Shown piece by piece: positions 19,597 to 29,166 of a stretch of DNA of 64,000 nucleotides. This stretch comes from Bacteroidales bacterium (GTDB lineage: Bacteria; Bacteroidota; Bacteroidia; Bacteroidales; VadinHA17): the NCBI GenBank assembly GCA_034002885.1, contig JAVEZS010000001.1, positions 103,654 to 167,653 of the forward strand, given 5' to 3'. Under the pieces are notes generated by a model. It was not told the DNA's origin, did not search any database, and saw only the letters and a program-made list of their open reading frames with translations. The first letter of the stretch is position 1; each line of letters opens with the position of its first letter. The position numbers and the translations under genes were made by a program.

Positions 19597-20670
19597 ATGA
19601 GTTCCGGAAATACCGGAGCGGATCAGCTGAAAAATCTAATCTATTGTTTAACACTCACAAACCGCATTATTATGCCAGTTAATTTACGCAACCGTAGTTT
19701 CCTGAAGCTTCTGGATTTCAGACCTGAGGAGATAAAATTTCTTCTCGATCTTGCTGCTGAGCTTAAAAGAGCAAAGTATGCAGGCACTGAGAAGCAAGTT
19801 TTAAAGGGTAAGAATATTGCCCTGATCTTTGAGAAGGCATCTACCAGGACCAGGTGTGCCTTTGAGGTTGCAGCTTTTGATCAGGGAGCAAATGTGACGT
19901 ATATTGGACCGACCGGATCACAGATGGGCCAGAAGGAATCGATGAAAGATACTGCCCGTGTTCTCGGGAGGATGTACGACGGAATAGAATACCGCGGCTA
20001 TGGTCAGACGTTGGTTGAGGAACTGGCCTGGTATGCTGGTGTGCCCGTCTGGAACGGTTTGACGAATGAATTTCATCCTACGCAGGTCCTTGCTGACCTT
20101 ATGACTATGATAGAACATTCAGGTAAGCCGCTTGATAAGATCTCATTCTGCTATCTGGGTGATGCCCGTTACAACATGGGAAATTCTCTTCTTGTCGGAG
20201 CTGCGAAGATGGGAATGGATTTCAGGACTGCGGCTCCAGCTGATTTTCAGCAGGGAAAGGAACTTGTGTCAGCCTGCAGGGAGATAGCAAAGGAAACCGG
20301 TGCAGGAATAAATATTACTGACAATGTTGAAGAAGCTGTCAAAGGGGCTGATTTCCTATATACTGATGTCTGGGTCTCAATGGGTGAGCCGGATTCGGTA
20401 TGGGAAGAAAGGATCAGCAAATTAAGGCCTTTTCAGGTTAATGCCGGTACCATGGCCCTTACAGGCAATCCGGGCGTTAAATTTCTTCACTGCCTTCCTG
20501 CTTTTCACAACAGGGAAACAAAGATAGGGGAGGAAATATTCAGGAAATATGGTCTCGACGGAATGGAGGTAACTGAAGAAGTTTTTGAGTCGAGGCATTC
20601 GGTAGTATTTGACGAAGCCGAAAACCGTCTTCATACCATAAAGGCTGTGATGGTTGCAACACTAGGCTAA
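19597..20670 (+). CDS. argF: Ornithine carbamoyltransferase (probably catabolic)
   Basis: [21 protein letters not shown] and HCLPAFH motifs. The real start is probably the ATG at 19672 ([16 protein letters not shown]), giving about 332 aa. Confidence 0.85.
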   Translation: MSSGNTGADQLKNLIYCLTLTNRIIMPVNLRNRSFLKLLDFRPEEIKFLLDLAAELKRAKYAGTEKQVLKGKNIALIFEKASTRTRCAFEVAAFDQGANVTYIGPTGSQMGQKESMKDTARVLGRMYDGIEYRGYGQTLVEELAWYAGVPVWNGLTNEFHPTQVLADLMTMIEHSGKPLDKISFCYLGDARYNMGNSLLVGAAKMGMDFRTAAPADFQQGKELVSACREIAKETGAGINITDNVEEAVKGADFLYTDVWVSMGEPDSVWEERISKLRPFQVNAGTMALTGNPGVKFLHCLPAFHNRETKIGEEIFRKYGLDGMEVTEEVFESRHSVVFDEAENRLHTIKAVMVATLG

Positions 20671-20672
20671 AG

Positions 20673-21152
20673 TTATCTTATCCACTCTTTTACGAAGTAA
20701 AAGGTAATAACAAAGGAGGTCGCCAGTTTAAGGCCCACCCCGGTAAGGAATCCCAGGAGGCTGCCAAAGCCTGCCTTTAAGGCATACTTTATGTCGTCCT
20801 TGAAAATAAGTTCTCCAACGAAAGCTCCAATGAAAGGGCCTATTATTATTCCAGGAGGCCCAAGGAACAGGCCAATTACCAGCCCGACTGTGGCCCCCCT
20901 TGTGCCGTATTTCGATCCGCCGAATTTCCTGGTTCCCCAGACAGGGACTATATAATCAAGAATTGTAACAACTGTTACAATTACGGCGAGTGTGATAAGC
21001 AGCGTGGAGCTAAAGTGGGCAAACTTCGTGAAGTGAATCAGAATGAGCCCCAGGTAGCTCAAAGGGGGACCCGGCAAAACGGGAGCCAGACAACCTATTA
21101 TTCCCAGAATTATGAGAATAACAGCCAATATCAGAATAATATAGTCTACCAT
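20673..21152 (-). CDS. Small membrane protein (DUF456-like)
   Basis: 159 aa with four hydrophobic Gly-rich helices. The family name is from memory only. Confidence 0.55.
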   Translation of the reverse strand: MVDYIILILAVILIILGIIGCLAPVLPGPPLSYLGLILIHFTKFAHFSSTLLITLAVIVTVVTILDYIVPVWGTRKFGGSKYGTRGATVGLVIGLFLGPPGIIIGPFIGAFVGELIFKDDIKYALKAGFGSLLGFLTGVGLKLATSFVITFYFVKEWIR

Positions 21153-21167
21153 CCAGACAGATCCGCT

Positions 21168-21569
21168 TTATTTCTTTCCAAGGTCGTCGAAATCGACATT
21201 GGTAAATTCCCTGGTTGAGAGTTCAGCTGGTTCCCTCGTTAGTTCTTCTTCTGAATGAGTTGGTTCCGGTTTAATATCATTCCTGCCATTACCTATAAAT
21301 GTAACAGCATCCTTCAATCCATCGGCAAATTTGTCAAAATCTTCCTTGTACAGGAAAATCTTGTGTTTTTCATAGAATAGTTTTCCGTCTTTGCCCAGGC
21401 GTTTTTTACTTTCCGTTATTGTCAGGTAGTAATCATCTTTCCGGGTTGCCTTTACATCAAAAAAGTAGGTCCTTTTACCGGCTCTAACAACCTTTGTATA
21501 AATCTCCTCCCTTGGATTCTTTTCATCATTGCCATTTGAGGCCTCGATAATTCCTTCTTCTTCTTCCAT
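21168..21569 (-). CDS. PUR-alpha-like nucleic-acid-binding protein (DUF3276-like)
   Basis: The core KVVRAGKRTYFFDVKATRKDDYYLTITESKK resembles the PUR repeat (R.YFFD...G.YL.I.E) found in small Bacteroidota proteins. Confidence 0.6.
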   Translation of the reverse strand: MEEEEGIIEASNGNDEKNPREEIYTKVVRAGKRTYFFDVKATRKDDYYLTITESKKRLGKDGKLFYEKHKIFLYKEDFDKFADGLKDAVTFIGNGRNDIKPEPTHSEEELTREPAELSTREFTNVDFDDLGKK

Positions 21570-21612
21570 TTCAAGTCAGTTTAGGTTCAGGTCAGGTGAG
21601 TGTTATGATTTT

Positions 21613-21620
21613 CAAATGTA
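21613..21620 (-). promoter_or_regulatory. -7 promoter box for the PUR-like gene
   Basis: The minus strand reads tacatttg, 44 nt upstream of the start at 21569. Confidence 0.4.
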
Positions 21621-21700
21621 CAAAAATTTTTATATCAAATACAAGCCGGGAATATGTATCTAAATTTTGCCAGGAAGTTTTGAAGGTCATGGAAAAAGGT

Positions 21701-21708
21701 TATTTTTG
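21701..21708 (+). promoter_or_regulatory. -7 promoter box for nusB
   Basis: tatttttg lies 27 bp upstream of the ATG at 21735. Confidence 0.45.
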
Positions 21709-21731
21709 ATGCCAAAATCTGAGGTTCTTTA

Positions 21732-22697
21732 TTGATGATAAGCAGAAGATTATTGAGGATAAAAGCCCTGATGGCACTATATGCTTTCAACCGGAGGGAG
21801 GATGACAATATTGCACAGGCAGAGAAGGAACTGGTATTCAGTATAGAAAAGACATACGATCTTTATCATTATCTCCTTCTGCTTGTTCTTGAAGTGGCAG
21901 CCGTTGCTGAAGAGAAAATCGATCAGGCTCTGCAGAAGAGGATGCCGGCACCTGAAGATCTCAACCCCAAAAGAAGGTTTGTGGATAATCAGGTAATTGC
22001 ACAGTTAAGAAATAACAAATCCTTCAACAGGTATATTTCTTTGAGAAAACTGTCATGGGTCAATTTTCAGCATATTCCGCGCCTGATGTATAATAAAATG
22101 GCCACATGGGACAGGTATGAGGAATATATGTCTTCGGAATCGCATAACTACATGTCCGACAGGAAGTTTGTTATTGACCTGGTGACAAGGCTTTTTGCAG
22201 CTTCTGAGGATCTGGAGTCTAATTTCGAGGAGCAGAGCATTTACTGGAACGACGACACGGAATATGTTTCGGTAATGATCGAGAAGACACTTAAGAAGTT
22301 CAAGGCTGGCAGCGGAGAGGATGCTGAAATGATGCCCCTCTTCAAGAATACGGAAGACGAAGATTTTGTAAAGCTTCTTTTCAGGAAAGCGGTGATCAAT
22401 TCAAAAAGCTATTCAGAACTTATCGACCATAATACAACAAACTGGGAAGTTGAAAGAATAGCCCTTATGGATATTCTGGTAATGCAGCTTGCAATTGCGG
22501 AAATAATTGAGTTCCCTGAAATCCCGGTTAAAGTGACACTTAACGAGTATATCGAGATTGCCAAATATTATTGTACTCCAAAAAGCAGTACATTTGTCAA
22601 CGGTATTCTTGATAATATTGTTAAGGAGATAAGGGAAAAGGGACTTTTCAGAAAGAGTGGCAAGGGACTTATCGGAGAAGAACTCATCAAGGAATGA
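21732..22697 (+). CDS. nusB: Transcription antitermination factor NusB (long Bacteroidota form)
   Basis: The C-terminal region ERIALMDILVMQLAIAEIIEFPEIPVKVTLNEYIEIAKYY...FVNGILD is NusB-like. The likely start is the ATG at 21735. Confidence 0.8.
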   Translation: MMISRRLLRIKALMALYAFNRREDDNIAQAEKELVFSIEKTYDLYHYLLLLVLEVAAVAEEKIDQALQKRMPAPEDLNPKRRFVDNQVIAQLRNNKSFNRYISLRKLSWVNFQHIPRLMYNKMATWDRYEEYMSSESHNYMSDRKFVIDLVTRLFAASEDLESNFEEQSIYWNDDTEYVSVMIEKTLKKFKAGSGEDAEMMPLFKNTEDEDFVKLLFRKAVINSKSYSELIDHNTTNWEVERIALMDILVMQLAIAEIIEFPEIPVKVTLNEYIEIAKYYCTPKSSTFVNGILDNIVKEIREKGLFRKSGKGLIGEELIKE

Positions 22698-23137
22698 TGT
22701 TGAATATGGAAAATATGGCACTTGCAACACTGCTTTTTTCGGCAATGGTTCTGTCTTCATGCACTCCGGCAAATAACAGGGGAAATGGAAATATCCCTGC
22801 TTCAGAAGGAGAAAAAGGAGCGGGCAATATTGTTTTCAGGGAATATGAGCATGATTTTGGCAAAATTACAGAAGGAGAGAAGGTTGCACATATCTTTTCG
22901 TTTGTTAACAATGGGGTGGGCGACCTGGTGATTTCATCGGCATCAGCAAGTTGCGGTTGCACAGTTCCGAAGTATGACCGAAAACCCATCTCCCCGGGGG
23001 AGGGAGGAACTCTGGAGGTAGTCTTTGATTCCTCAGGCCGAAACGGTGTTCAGACCAAGACCATTTCAGTCAGGTCGAATTCTCCTGCCGAGGTGGTAAT
23101 ACTAAAGATATCAGCTGAAATCATTCAACGTAACTAA
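22694..23137 (+). CDS. DUF1573-domain protein (secreted/lipoprotein)
   Basis: Signal/lipobox ...VLSSC and the characteristic SCGCT motif. Its start overlaps the nusB stop in an ATGA. Confidence 0.7.
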   Translation: MMLNMENMALATLLFSAMVLSSCTPANNRGNGNIPASEGEKGAGNIVFREYEHDFGKITEGEKVAHIFSFVNNGVGDLVISSASASCGCTVPKYDRKPISPGEGGTLEVVFDSSGRNGVQTKTISVRSNSPAEVVILKISAEIIQRN

Positions 23138-23298
23138 ACAGTACTGATTCAGGAGTACGTCAATCATCAGGCGGTAACTGAGGTAAAATATAATATTGAT
23201 AAGAACAAATAGTTAGACAAGCTTTTTCACGGTCAGGAACACAATTCATGGCTGACGATAGCGTGCAGAAAATAATAATTAACTAATAAACACTCACT

Positions 23299-23628
23299 AT
23301 GAACAACTTAGCCTTTTTACTACTTCTGCCACAGCCCGCAGGTGCTGCCGGACAGAGCAACGCACTTGTTACATTCCTTCCCCTGCTTCTCGTTTTCGTT
23401 GTTTTCTACTTTTTTATGATAAGGCCTCAGATGAAGAAGCAGAAAGAAATGGCAAACTACAGATCCTCACTGAAAAAGGGAGACAAGGTAGTCACTACGG
23501 GAGGCATTTACGGCAGAGTCTATGAAGTTAAAGACAATCATGTTATGCTGGAAGTCGGAGGAGATATCAGACTCAAGGTCGACAAAAGCGCTCTTCTGAA
23601 GGATCCTACTGCCGATGTTCAGAACTGA
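23299..23628 (+). CDS. yajC: Preprotein translocase subunit YajC
   Basis: 109 aa with a single TM helix followed by KKGDKVVTTGGIYGRV. Confidence 0.85.
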   Translation: MNNLAFLLLLPQPAGAAGQSNALVTFLPLLLVFVVFYFFMIRPQMKKQKEMANYRSSLKKGDKVVTTGGIYGRVYEVKDNHVMLEVGGDIRLKVDKSALLKDPTADVQN

Positions 23629-23644
23629 CCATTGCTAAAGGTTT

Positions 23645-24652
23645 GTGAGATTTCATTATGGCATATGGCTGAAGAAAATTCTTGAAAGGGGAGGGAAAGG
23701 GCTTAATACGGAAATCATAACCTTTTCCTTTTTCCTTGTTCTCTCTTTTATTTTCTGGTATCTCAATTCCCTTGAAAAGGATATTGAATACGAGATGAAG
23801 TATCCTGTAAGATATGTCAATCTGCCTGAGGACAGAGTTCTTGCTGATGATTTACCGGCAAAGCTCGATCTTTACCTTAAAGGCCCGGGATATTCGATAC
23901 TAAAGATCAAACTGGCAGGCAATAAGACCCCGGTCGATCTCGATATGTCATCCATTAGCTACAGAAGGGTTCCCGGAAGCAGGACTTTAAGCTATTATGT
24001 CGTCACATCGGGTCTGATCCCGAAGCTTAAAAACCAGCTCAGGGCCCAGTGCGACATAACATTCATAAAGCCTGATACACTTTTTTTCTCTTTCGACAGG
24101 ATAGTCTCAAAAGATGTGGCTGTTGTTCCTGATGTTGAAGTTGTTACAGAGAGGCAATATCTGGTAAAAGGAAAGATAGCGGCCGAACCTGATACGGTAA
24201 ATATAACGGGCCCCAGAAGAATGGTAGACACATTGAAGACCATAAGAACCAGATTCAGGAGGTTCAGGGGGGTCAGCGAAACAATAACGAAGTCAATTGC
24301 AATCGATGTGCCTGACGAATGCTCGGTTCCGGTTAAAAAAGTTATGGTGACGATACCTGTCGAGCAGTTTACAGAGGCGGAATTCCAGGTCAGGGTTAAG
24401 ATACTCAATTCACCTGATACAATAAATGTAAGGATCTTCCCTGATAATGTGACAGTGAAATGTATGGTTGCCGTGAGCGATTACAAGAGGATAAAAGAAG
24501 TACCCTTCGAGGTGATTCTTGATCTCGCTGAAGCCGATCTCGGGTCGAGCGAAAAGATACCCCTGTCGTTCAGGAATATACCTCCTTTCATAAGCTCGCT
24601 CAGGGTATCTCCTGAAAGGGTGGATTTTTTGATTGAAAAGAAGCTGAAATGA
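23645..24652 (+). CDS. YbbR-like domain protein
   Basis: N-terminal TM helix followed by repeated beta-rich modules. It sits between yajC and coaE as in other Bacteroidota. The start codon is uncertain (GTG in the track). Confidence 0.6.
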   Translation: MRFHYGIWLKKILERGGKGLNTEIITFSFFLVLSFIFWYLNSLEKDIEYEMKYPVRYVNLPEDRVLADDLPAKLDLYLKGPGYSILKIKLAGNKTPVDLDMSSISYRRVPGSRTLSYYVVTSGLIPKLKNQLRAQCDITFIKPDTLFFSFDRIVSKDVAVVPDVEVVTERQYLVKGKIAAEPDTVNITGPRRMVDTLKTIRTRFRRFRGVSETITKSIAIDVPDECSVPVKKVMVTIPVEQFTEAEFQVRVKILNSPDTINVRIFPDNVTVKCMVAVSDYKRIKEVPFEVILDLAEADLGSSEKIPLSFRNIPPFISSLRVSPERVDFLIEKKLK

Positions 24653-25269
24653 GCGGAGACACAAAATGCCATCTTAAACTGGGGGTTACCGGGGGTATCG
24701 GAAGCGGAAAGACAACAGTCTGCAAGGTTTTTTCAGTTCTTGGCGTTCCGGTCTTTTCGGCAGATGATGAGGCCAGAAAACTCCAGGACAATGATCCTGA
24801 CCTCCGGCGTAAAATCAATTCTCTTGCCGGAAAGGACCTTTTTACTTCAGGTAAACTTGACAGGGCAGCGCTTGCAGAACTTATTTTCAGGGACAGGGAA
24901 CTGCTTGAAAAAGTCAATTCCGTGGTGCATCCCGCGGTTTTCGGTTATTTCAGGGAGTGGGTCAGAAAACAGGATGCCCCTTATTCGATAATGGAGGCGG
25001 CTATACTTTTTGAAAGCGGAGCCTCCGGGATGATGGACAGGATTCTGACTGTGGTTACACCTTTGGAAGAAAGGATTGAGAGGGTTGTGAAGGGTAACAG
25101 GTTAACGAGGGAGCAGATAACTGAGCGAATGATGAACCAGATAGATGATGAAACGAGGATCAGCAAGTCGGATTATGTCATCTTCAACTCTGAGAGCGAC
25201 ATGATCATTCCGGCGGTGCTCGGTGTTCATAAGGAGATGTTGCGTCAGTATCAAAAGCATTCCGGATAA
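24649..25269 (+). CDS. coaE: Dephospho-CoA kinase
   Basis: P-loop GVTGGIGSGKTTV, 206 aa. It overlaps the upstream gene in an ATGA. Confidence 0.9.
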   Translation: MSGDTKCHLKLGVTGGIGSGKTTVCKVFSVLGVPVFSADDEARKLQDNDPDLRRKINSLAGKDLFTSGKLDRAALAELIFRDRELLEKVNSVVHPAVFGYFREWVRKQDAPYSIMEAAILFESGASGMMDRILTVVTPLEERIERVVKGNRLTREQITERMMNQIDDETRISKSDYVIFNSESDMIIPAVLGVHKEMLRQYQKHSG

Positions 25270-25997
25270 TGGGAAGTTATGGAAAATGGATAGGAGGCGG
25301 CCTGGGGTTTGTTCTTGGAGGACCTATTGGAGCGGTACTGGGTTTTCTTGTCGGTTCGATGGTAGATCAGACTACAATCCAGACAAACACATACTCTTCG
25401 CCAGGCCGGCAGGTTACACCCGGCGACTTCGGGATGAGCCTTCTCGTTCTGATCGCAGCGATGATGAAAGCTGACGGTAGAGTTTTAAAGTCGGAACTGG
25501 ATTATGTAAAAGCCTTCTTCTCACGGCAGTTCGGTGAATCATCAGCCAGGGAGGCTCTTCAAATGCTGAAGAACATTCTTAAACAGGAGATCCCCGTCAG
25601 GGATGTGTGCATCCAGATCAGCGGAAATATGGATTATTCCTCAAGACTTCAGCTGATTCATCTTCTATTCAATATTGCAGTTGCTGATGGGGCAGTCAAT
25701 CCGGCTGAACTTGAGGCTATTGAAAGGATGTCGGGCTATCTTAAGATAGCTCCGTCAGATCTTAGCTCCATAAAAAATATGTTTGTTCCCGAAACCGATT
25801 CGGCTTACAAAATTCTGGAACTGGAACCTTCTGCAACTGATGAGGAAGTTAAAAAAGCCTACCGGAGGATGGCGATGAAGTATCATCCTGATAAGGTGAG
25901 TCATCTGGGAGATGAGTTCAGGAAAAGTGCCGACGAAAAGTTCAGGAAGGTAAATGAGGCATATGAAAAGATAAAAAAGGAGAGGAACATTGTTTAA
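25269..25997 (+). CDS. DjlA-like co-chaperone (TM anchor + TerB-like domain + C-terminal J domain)
   Basis: Gly-rich N-terminal TM segment and a C-terminal J domain with YRRMAMKYHPDK. Confidence 0.75.
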   Translation: MGSYGKWIGGGLGFVLGGPIGAVLGFLVGSMVDQTTIQTNTYSSPGRQVTPGDFGMSLLVLIAAMMKADGRVLKSELDYVKAFFSRQFGESSAREALQMLKNILKQEIPVRDVCIQISGNMDYSSRLQLIHLLFNIAVADGAVNPAELEAIERMSGYLKIAPSDLSSIKNMFVPETDSAYKILELEPSATDEEVKKAYRRMAMKYHPDKVSHLGDEFRKSADEKFRKVNEAYEKIKKERNIV

Positions 25998-26055
25998 GGC
26001 AGAACAACAAAAAATATTTACTCAAAACCACGAAATAAACGGGTAAGAATTAAAT

Positions 26056-26574
26056 TTGCAGTCAAAATTCTATAAAATGGTACTGAAGGATATTATTGCG
26101 ATCTCAGGAGAACAGGGGCTTTTCAGATTCATTGCCCAGAGTAAGAACTCCATGGTGGTTGAACATCTTGAAACTGGAAAAAGGAAAAGCGCCTTCACAA
26201 CAGCCAAGGTAAGTTCTCTGGAGGATATTTCGGTTTTCACTGACGATGAAGACCTGCCTCTCTCCAAAGTTCTCGACAGGATATACGACAGAGAATCCGG
26301 AGGACAGTCAATTGACCCTAAAGCAGGACAGGAACCACTTAAAAATTACTTTGCAGAGATTGTTCCGGAATACTCAAGGGAACGGGTATATGCAAGCGAC
26401 ATTAAAAAGATCATACAGTGGTACAATCTTCTTCAGAGCCGTAATATGCTGATAAGGGAAGACCCGGAGAAGACAGATGATAAAACGGGTGTTGAAACGG
26501 AAGAGCCGAAAAAGGAAGAGGTCCCGGCTCAGCGGAAGAAAAAGAAAAATAATCCTGAAGGATCTCAGGTATAA
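26056..26574 (+). CDS. Conserved hypothetical protein with a Lys/Glu-rich tail
   Basis: Clean ORF with a probable ATG start at 26077 (MVLKDIIAISGEQGLFRF). I recognise no catalytic motif. Confidence 0.5.
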   Translation: MQSKFYKMVLKDIIAISGEQGLFRFIAQSKNSMVVEHLETGKRKSAFTTAKVSSLEDISVFTDDEDLPLSKVLDRIYDRESGGQSIDPKAGQEPLKNYFAEIVPEYSRERVYASDIKKIIQWYNLLQSRNMLIREDPEKTDDKTGVETEEPKKEEVPAQRKKKKNNPEGSQV

Positions 26575-26601
26575 TCCCTGATCCTCTAAACAGATCATGC
26601 A

Positions 26602-27438
26602 ATGAATTTTGGCGGCGAAGAGGTACTATACGATTATTCGGCTTCAAAAATCATAATTGTACCGGTCCCCTACGACGAGACCAGCACATGGATTAAAGGT
26701 GCAGACAAAGGGCCTGATGCAGTTATGGAAGCATCTGTGAACCTGGAGTTCTATGATGTTGAAACCGGTACCGAAGCACATCTTCACGGAATTCACACAA
26801 CAGATCCTGTTACAGAAAAATCAACACCGGAAGCGCTTGTAAATGCAGTTTACGAAAGGGTACTGGCACTTTTCAGGGAAGATAAATTTCCCGTTGTCGT
26901 CGGAGGGAACCATACAGTAAGTATAGGAGCCGCAGGAGCAGCGGCACATTCCTTTGATAAGCTGTCAGTCCTCCAGCTTGATGCTCATTCGGATCTAAGG
27001 CAGGAATATGAAGGCTCTCGTTACAATCACGCTTGCGCCATGGCAAGGATCAGGGAATACGCCCCTGTGGTACAGGCCGGAATAAGAAGCATGTCGGCAG
27101 TTGAGCTTGAATATGCTGAAAGCGAAAGGATTTTCTATGCGCACCAGCTGCATTATGATAAATCGCTTTACAGCAAAGCTGCCGGTTTGCTGACTGAGAA
27201 CGTCTACATTACAATCGATCTCGATGTTTTTGATCCTTCAATTATGCCCTCGACCGGCACTCCGGAACCGGGTGGACCGGGTTACTACGAGATAATGCAT
27301 TTTCTTAAGGAAGTTGCCAGGAAAAGGAGGATCGTCGGTTTCGATGTGGTTGAACTATGTCCTGCGCCGGGAGTCAGGTACCCTGATTTTGTTGCAGCAA
27401 AGGTAATCTACCAGCTGCTTGGTTATATATTTTCCTGA
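26602..27438 (+). CDS. speB: Agmatinase (arginase/ureohydrolase family)
   Basis: Mn-binding motifs GGNHTVS, DAHSDL and DLDVFDP. 278 aa. Confidence 0.85.
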   Translation: MNFGGEEVLYDYSASKIIIVPVPYDETSTWIKGADKGPDAVMEASVNLEFYDVETGTEAHLHGIHTTDPVTEKSTPEALVNAVYERVLALFREDKFPVVVGGNHTVSIGAAGAAAHSFDKLSVLQLDAHSDLRQEYEGSRYNHACAMARIREYAPVVQAGIRSMSAVELEYAESERIFYAHQLHYDKSLYSKAAGLLTENVYITIDLDVFDPSIMPSTGTPEPGGPGYYEIMHFLKEVARKRRIVGFDVVELCPAPGVRYPDFVAAKVIYQLLGYIFS

Positions 27439-28217
27439 TCCTCCTTTTTTGCTTCTTCCCATATCTCATTCATCTCCGCAAGGCTCATATCCTTAAGCGA
27501 AATACCCCTTGAGAGGGTTCTGCTCTCAAGAAAATTGAACCGTTTTATGAACTTCCTGTTGGTTTTTTCAAGGGCTGCCTCGGGGTCAATGCCATAGAGC
27601 CTTGAAGCATTTATCAGGGAGAACATTACATCTCCGAGTTCCGATTCTATCTTCTCTATATCATTGTTGTCAATCTCTTCCCTTAGCTCAGTGATCTCTT
27701 CAATTACCTTATCCCAGACCTCCTCCTTCTTTTCCCAGTCGAACCCCACTCCCTTGACCTTCTCCTGTATCCTGTTGGCTTTTATAATGGCGGGCATGGA
27801 TGAGGGAACACCCGACAACACAGGCTTGTAACCGTTAAGTTCCTTTATCTTGAGATGTTCCCAGTTGCTTTCAACTTCAGTTGCTCCTGATACCTTAACA
27901 TCCCCGAATACATGCGGATGGCGGTATATCAGCTTTTCATTTATTCCCTTCAGGACATCGGCCATAGAAAAAATTCCTTTCTCCGATCCTATTTTTGCAT
28001 AGAATACTATATGGAGCATCAGGTCTCCGAGTTCCCCTTTTATACCTTCATCATTACCAGAGGAGATTGCATCGGCAAGTTCAAAGGTCTCTTCGATTGT
28101 CAGTTTTCGCAAACTATCGTTTGTCTGCTTCTTATCCCAGGGGCATTTTTCTCTCAACTCACCAATTATATCGAGGAGCCTTTCAAACTCCCTGCAGCTT
28201 CTTTCCTTGTCGGTCAT
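27423..28217 (-). CDS. mazG: Nucleoside triphosphate pyrophosphohydrolase MazG
   Basis: Tandem MazG domains with EETFELADAI / ELGDLMLH and ELGDVMFSLI. Confidence 0.85.
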   Translation of the reverse strand: MTDKERSCREFERLLDIIGELREKCPWDKKQTNDSLRKLTIEETFELADAISSGNDEGIKGELGDLMLHIVFYAKIGSEKGIFSMADVLKGINEKLIYRHPHVFGDVKVSGATEVESNWEHLKIKELNGYKPVLSGVPSSMPAIIKANRIQEKVKGVGFDWEKKEEVWDKVIEEITELREEIDNNDIEKIESELGDVMFSLINASRLYGIDPEAALEKTNRKFIKRFNFLESRTLSRGISLKDMSLAEMNEIWEEAKKEDQENI

Positions 28218-28229
28218 TATAAATGTGGT

Positions 28230-29024
28230 TTAAAACAATTTGTCGGCCGGTGTCTTGTCATTCACAGCTTCAACCCTTACGGAGGAACCAACCTCAAGGC
28301 TGAGGAGTTCTGCGATGTCGGCGCCGTTTATTGAAATTTCAAGAAGATCAACGGAGTTGAATCTTGCAAGCAGATCTCCGACCGGAACATCACTATAGGA
28401 AACCGAGATCTGCTCTGTATAGTTCTTGGTGCTCTGAACGGCGATCCTGTACTTTCTATTTTCAAAAATCCTCAGGAAAATTTCCCTTGTGATATTTGAA
28501 ATGGCATTGCCGTAAGAGTCAATGAATATTATGCTACCGATTATCACTTCCTTGTCGATTGTTGCCCTCAGAGGCATTACCTCGCTGACGCTTTCAGGAG
28601 GTTCTCCCAGTTGCGAAAGTTTTTTGCCCTCTCCAATGCCTGCGGCTGCCATCGCGAAAATCTCAAGTTCATCCGTCGAACCTTTTGTGTCGATGGCAAC
28701 AATTTCTTCCGGCTCTGAATTGAGGATCAGGCTGAAAATCCCGTTGTCGGTTCCGATGAAGTAATGGCCCCTTGCTCTGACGATCAGGTGTTTATATGGT
28801 TTGTCTGTTTCTGAATGAACGCAAATGATATGGATCGAACCCCCGGGATAATTCATGAACGTATTGCGTACAACAAAGGCGGCATGTGAGATATCAAAGG
28901 GAGTTATTCCTGATGCATTCTCAATTATTGTCATTCCCGGGCAAAGGGTGCAGAGCCGGCCTTTTATGATACCGGTGTAGATATCATCCGGCCTCCATTC
29001 AGTGGTAAGGGTAATGACAGGCAT
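28230..29024 (-). CDS. SAM hydroxide adenosyltransferase family protein (DUF62; SAM hydrolase / halogenase-like fold)
   Basis: 264 aa. The N-terminal ITLTTEW..DDIYTG pattern and overall layout resemble the DUF62 family. Assigned from memory. Confidence 0.6.
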   Translation of the reverse strand: MPVITLTTEWRPDDIYTGIIKGRLCTLCPGMTIIENASGITPFDISHAAFVVRNTFMNYPGGSIHIICVHSETDKPYKHLIVRARGHYFIGTDNGIFSLILNSEPEEIVAIDTKGSTDELEIFAMAAAGIGEGKKLSQLGEPPESVSEVMPLRATIDKEVIIGSIIFIDSYGNAISNITREIFLRIFENRKYRIAVQSTKNYTEQISVSYSDVPVGDLLARFNSVDLLEISINGADIAELLSLEVGSSVRVEAVNDKTPADKLF

Positions 29025-29041
29025 AGGGAAAAAACTTGTGA

Positions 29042-29049
29042 CAAAGATA
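29042..29049 (-). promoter_or_regulatory. -7 promoter box for the DUF62-mazG pair
   Basis: The minus strand reads tatctttg, 18 nt upstream of the start at 29024. Confidence 0.4.
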
Positions 29050-29166
29050 ATCTTCTAAAGAAAAATAAACTTACTTTGTATCGACCAATGATCTTTTTTT
29101 AATAACCAAAAGGAGCATTTCGTTATTTTAACCGGCAGGGAGAAAAATAAACATTTAAAGGATTCA

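Noticed and set aside
19597-19671. A 25-codon N-terminal extension of the ornithine carbamoyltransferase ORF
   Set aside because: OTCs begin close to the ...RxFLxLxDF motif. The ATG at 19672 gives a canonical length of about 332 aa, and the extension has no signal-peptide or domain character.
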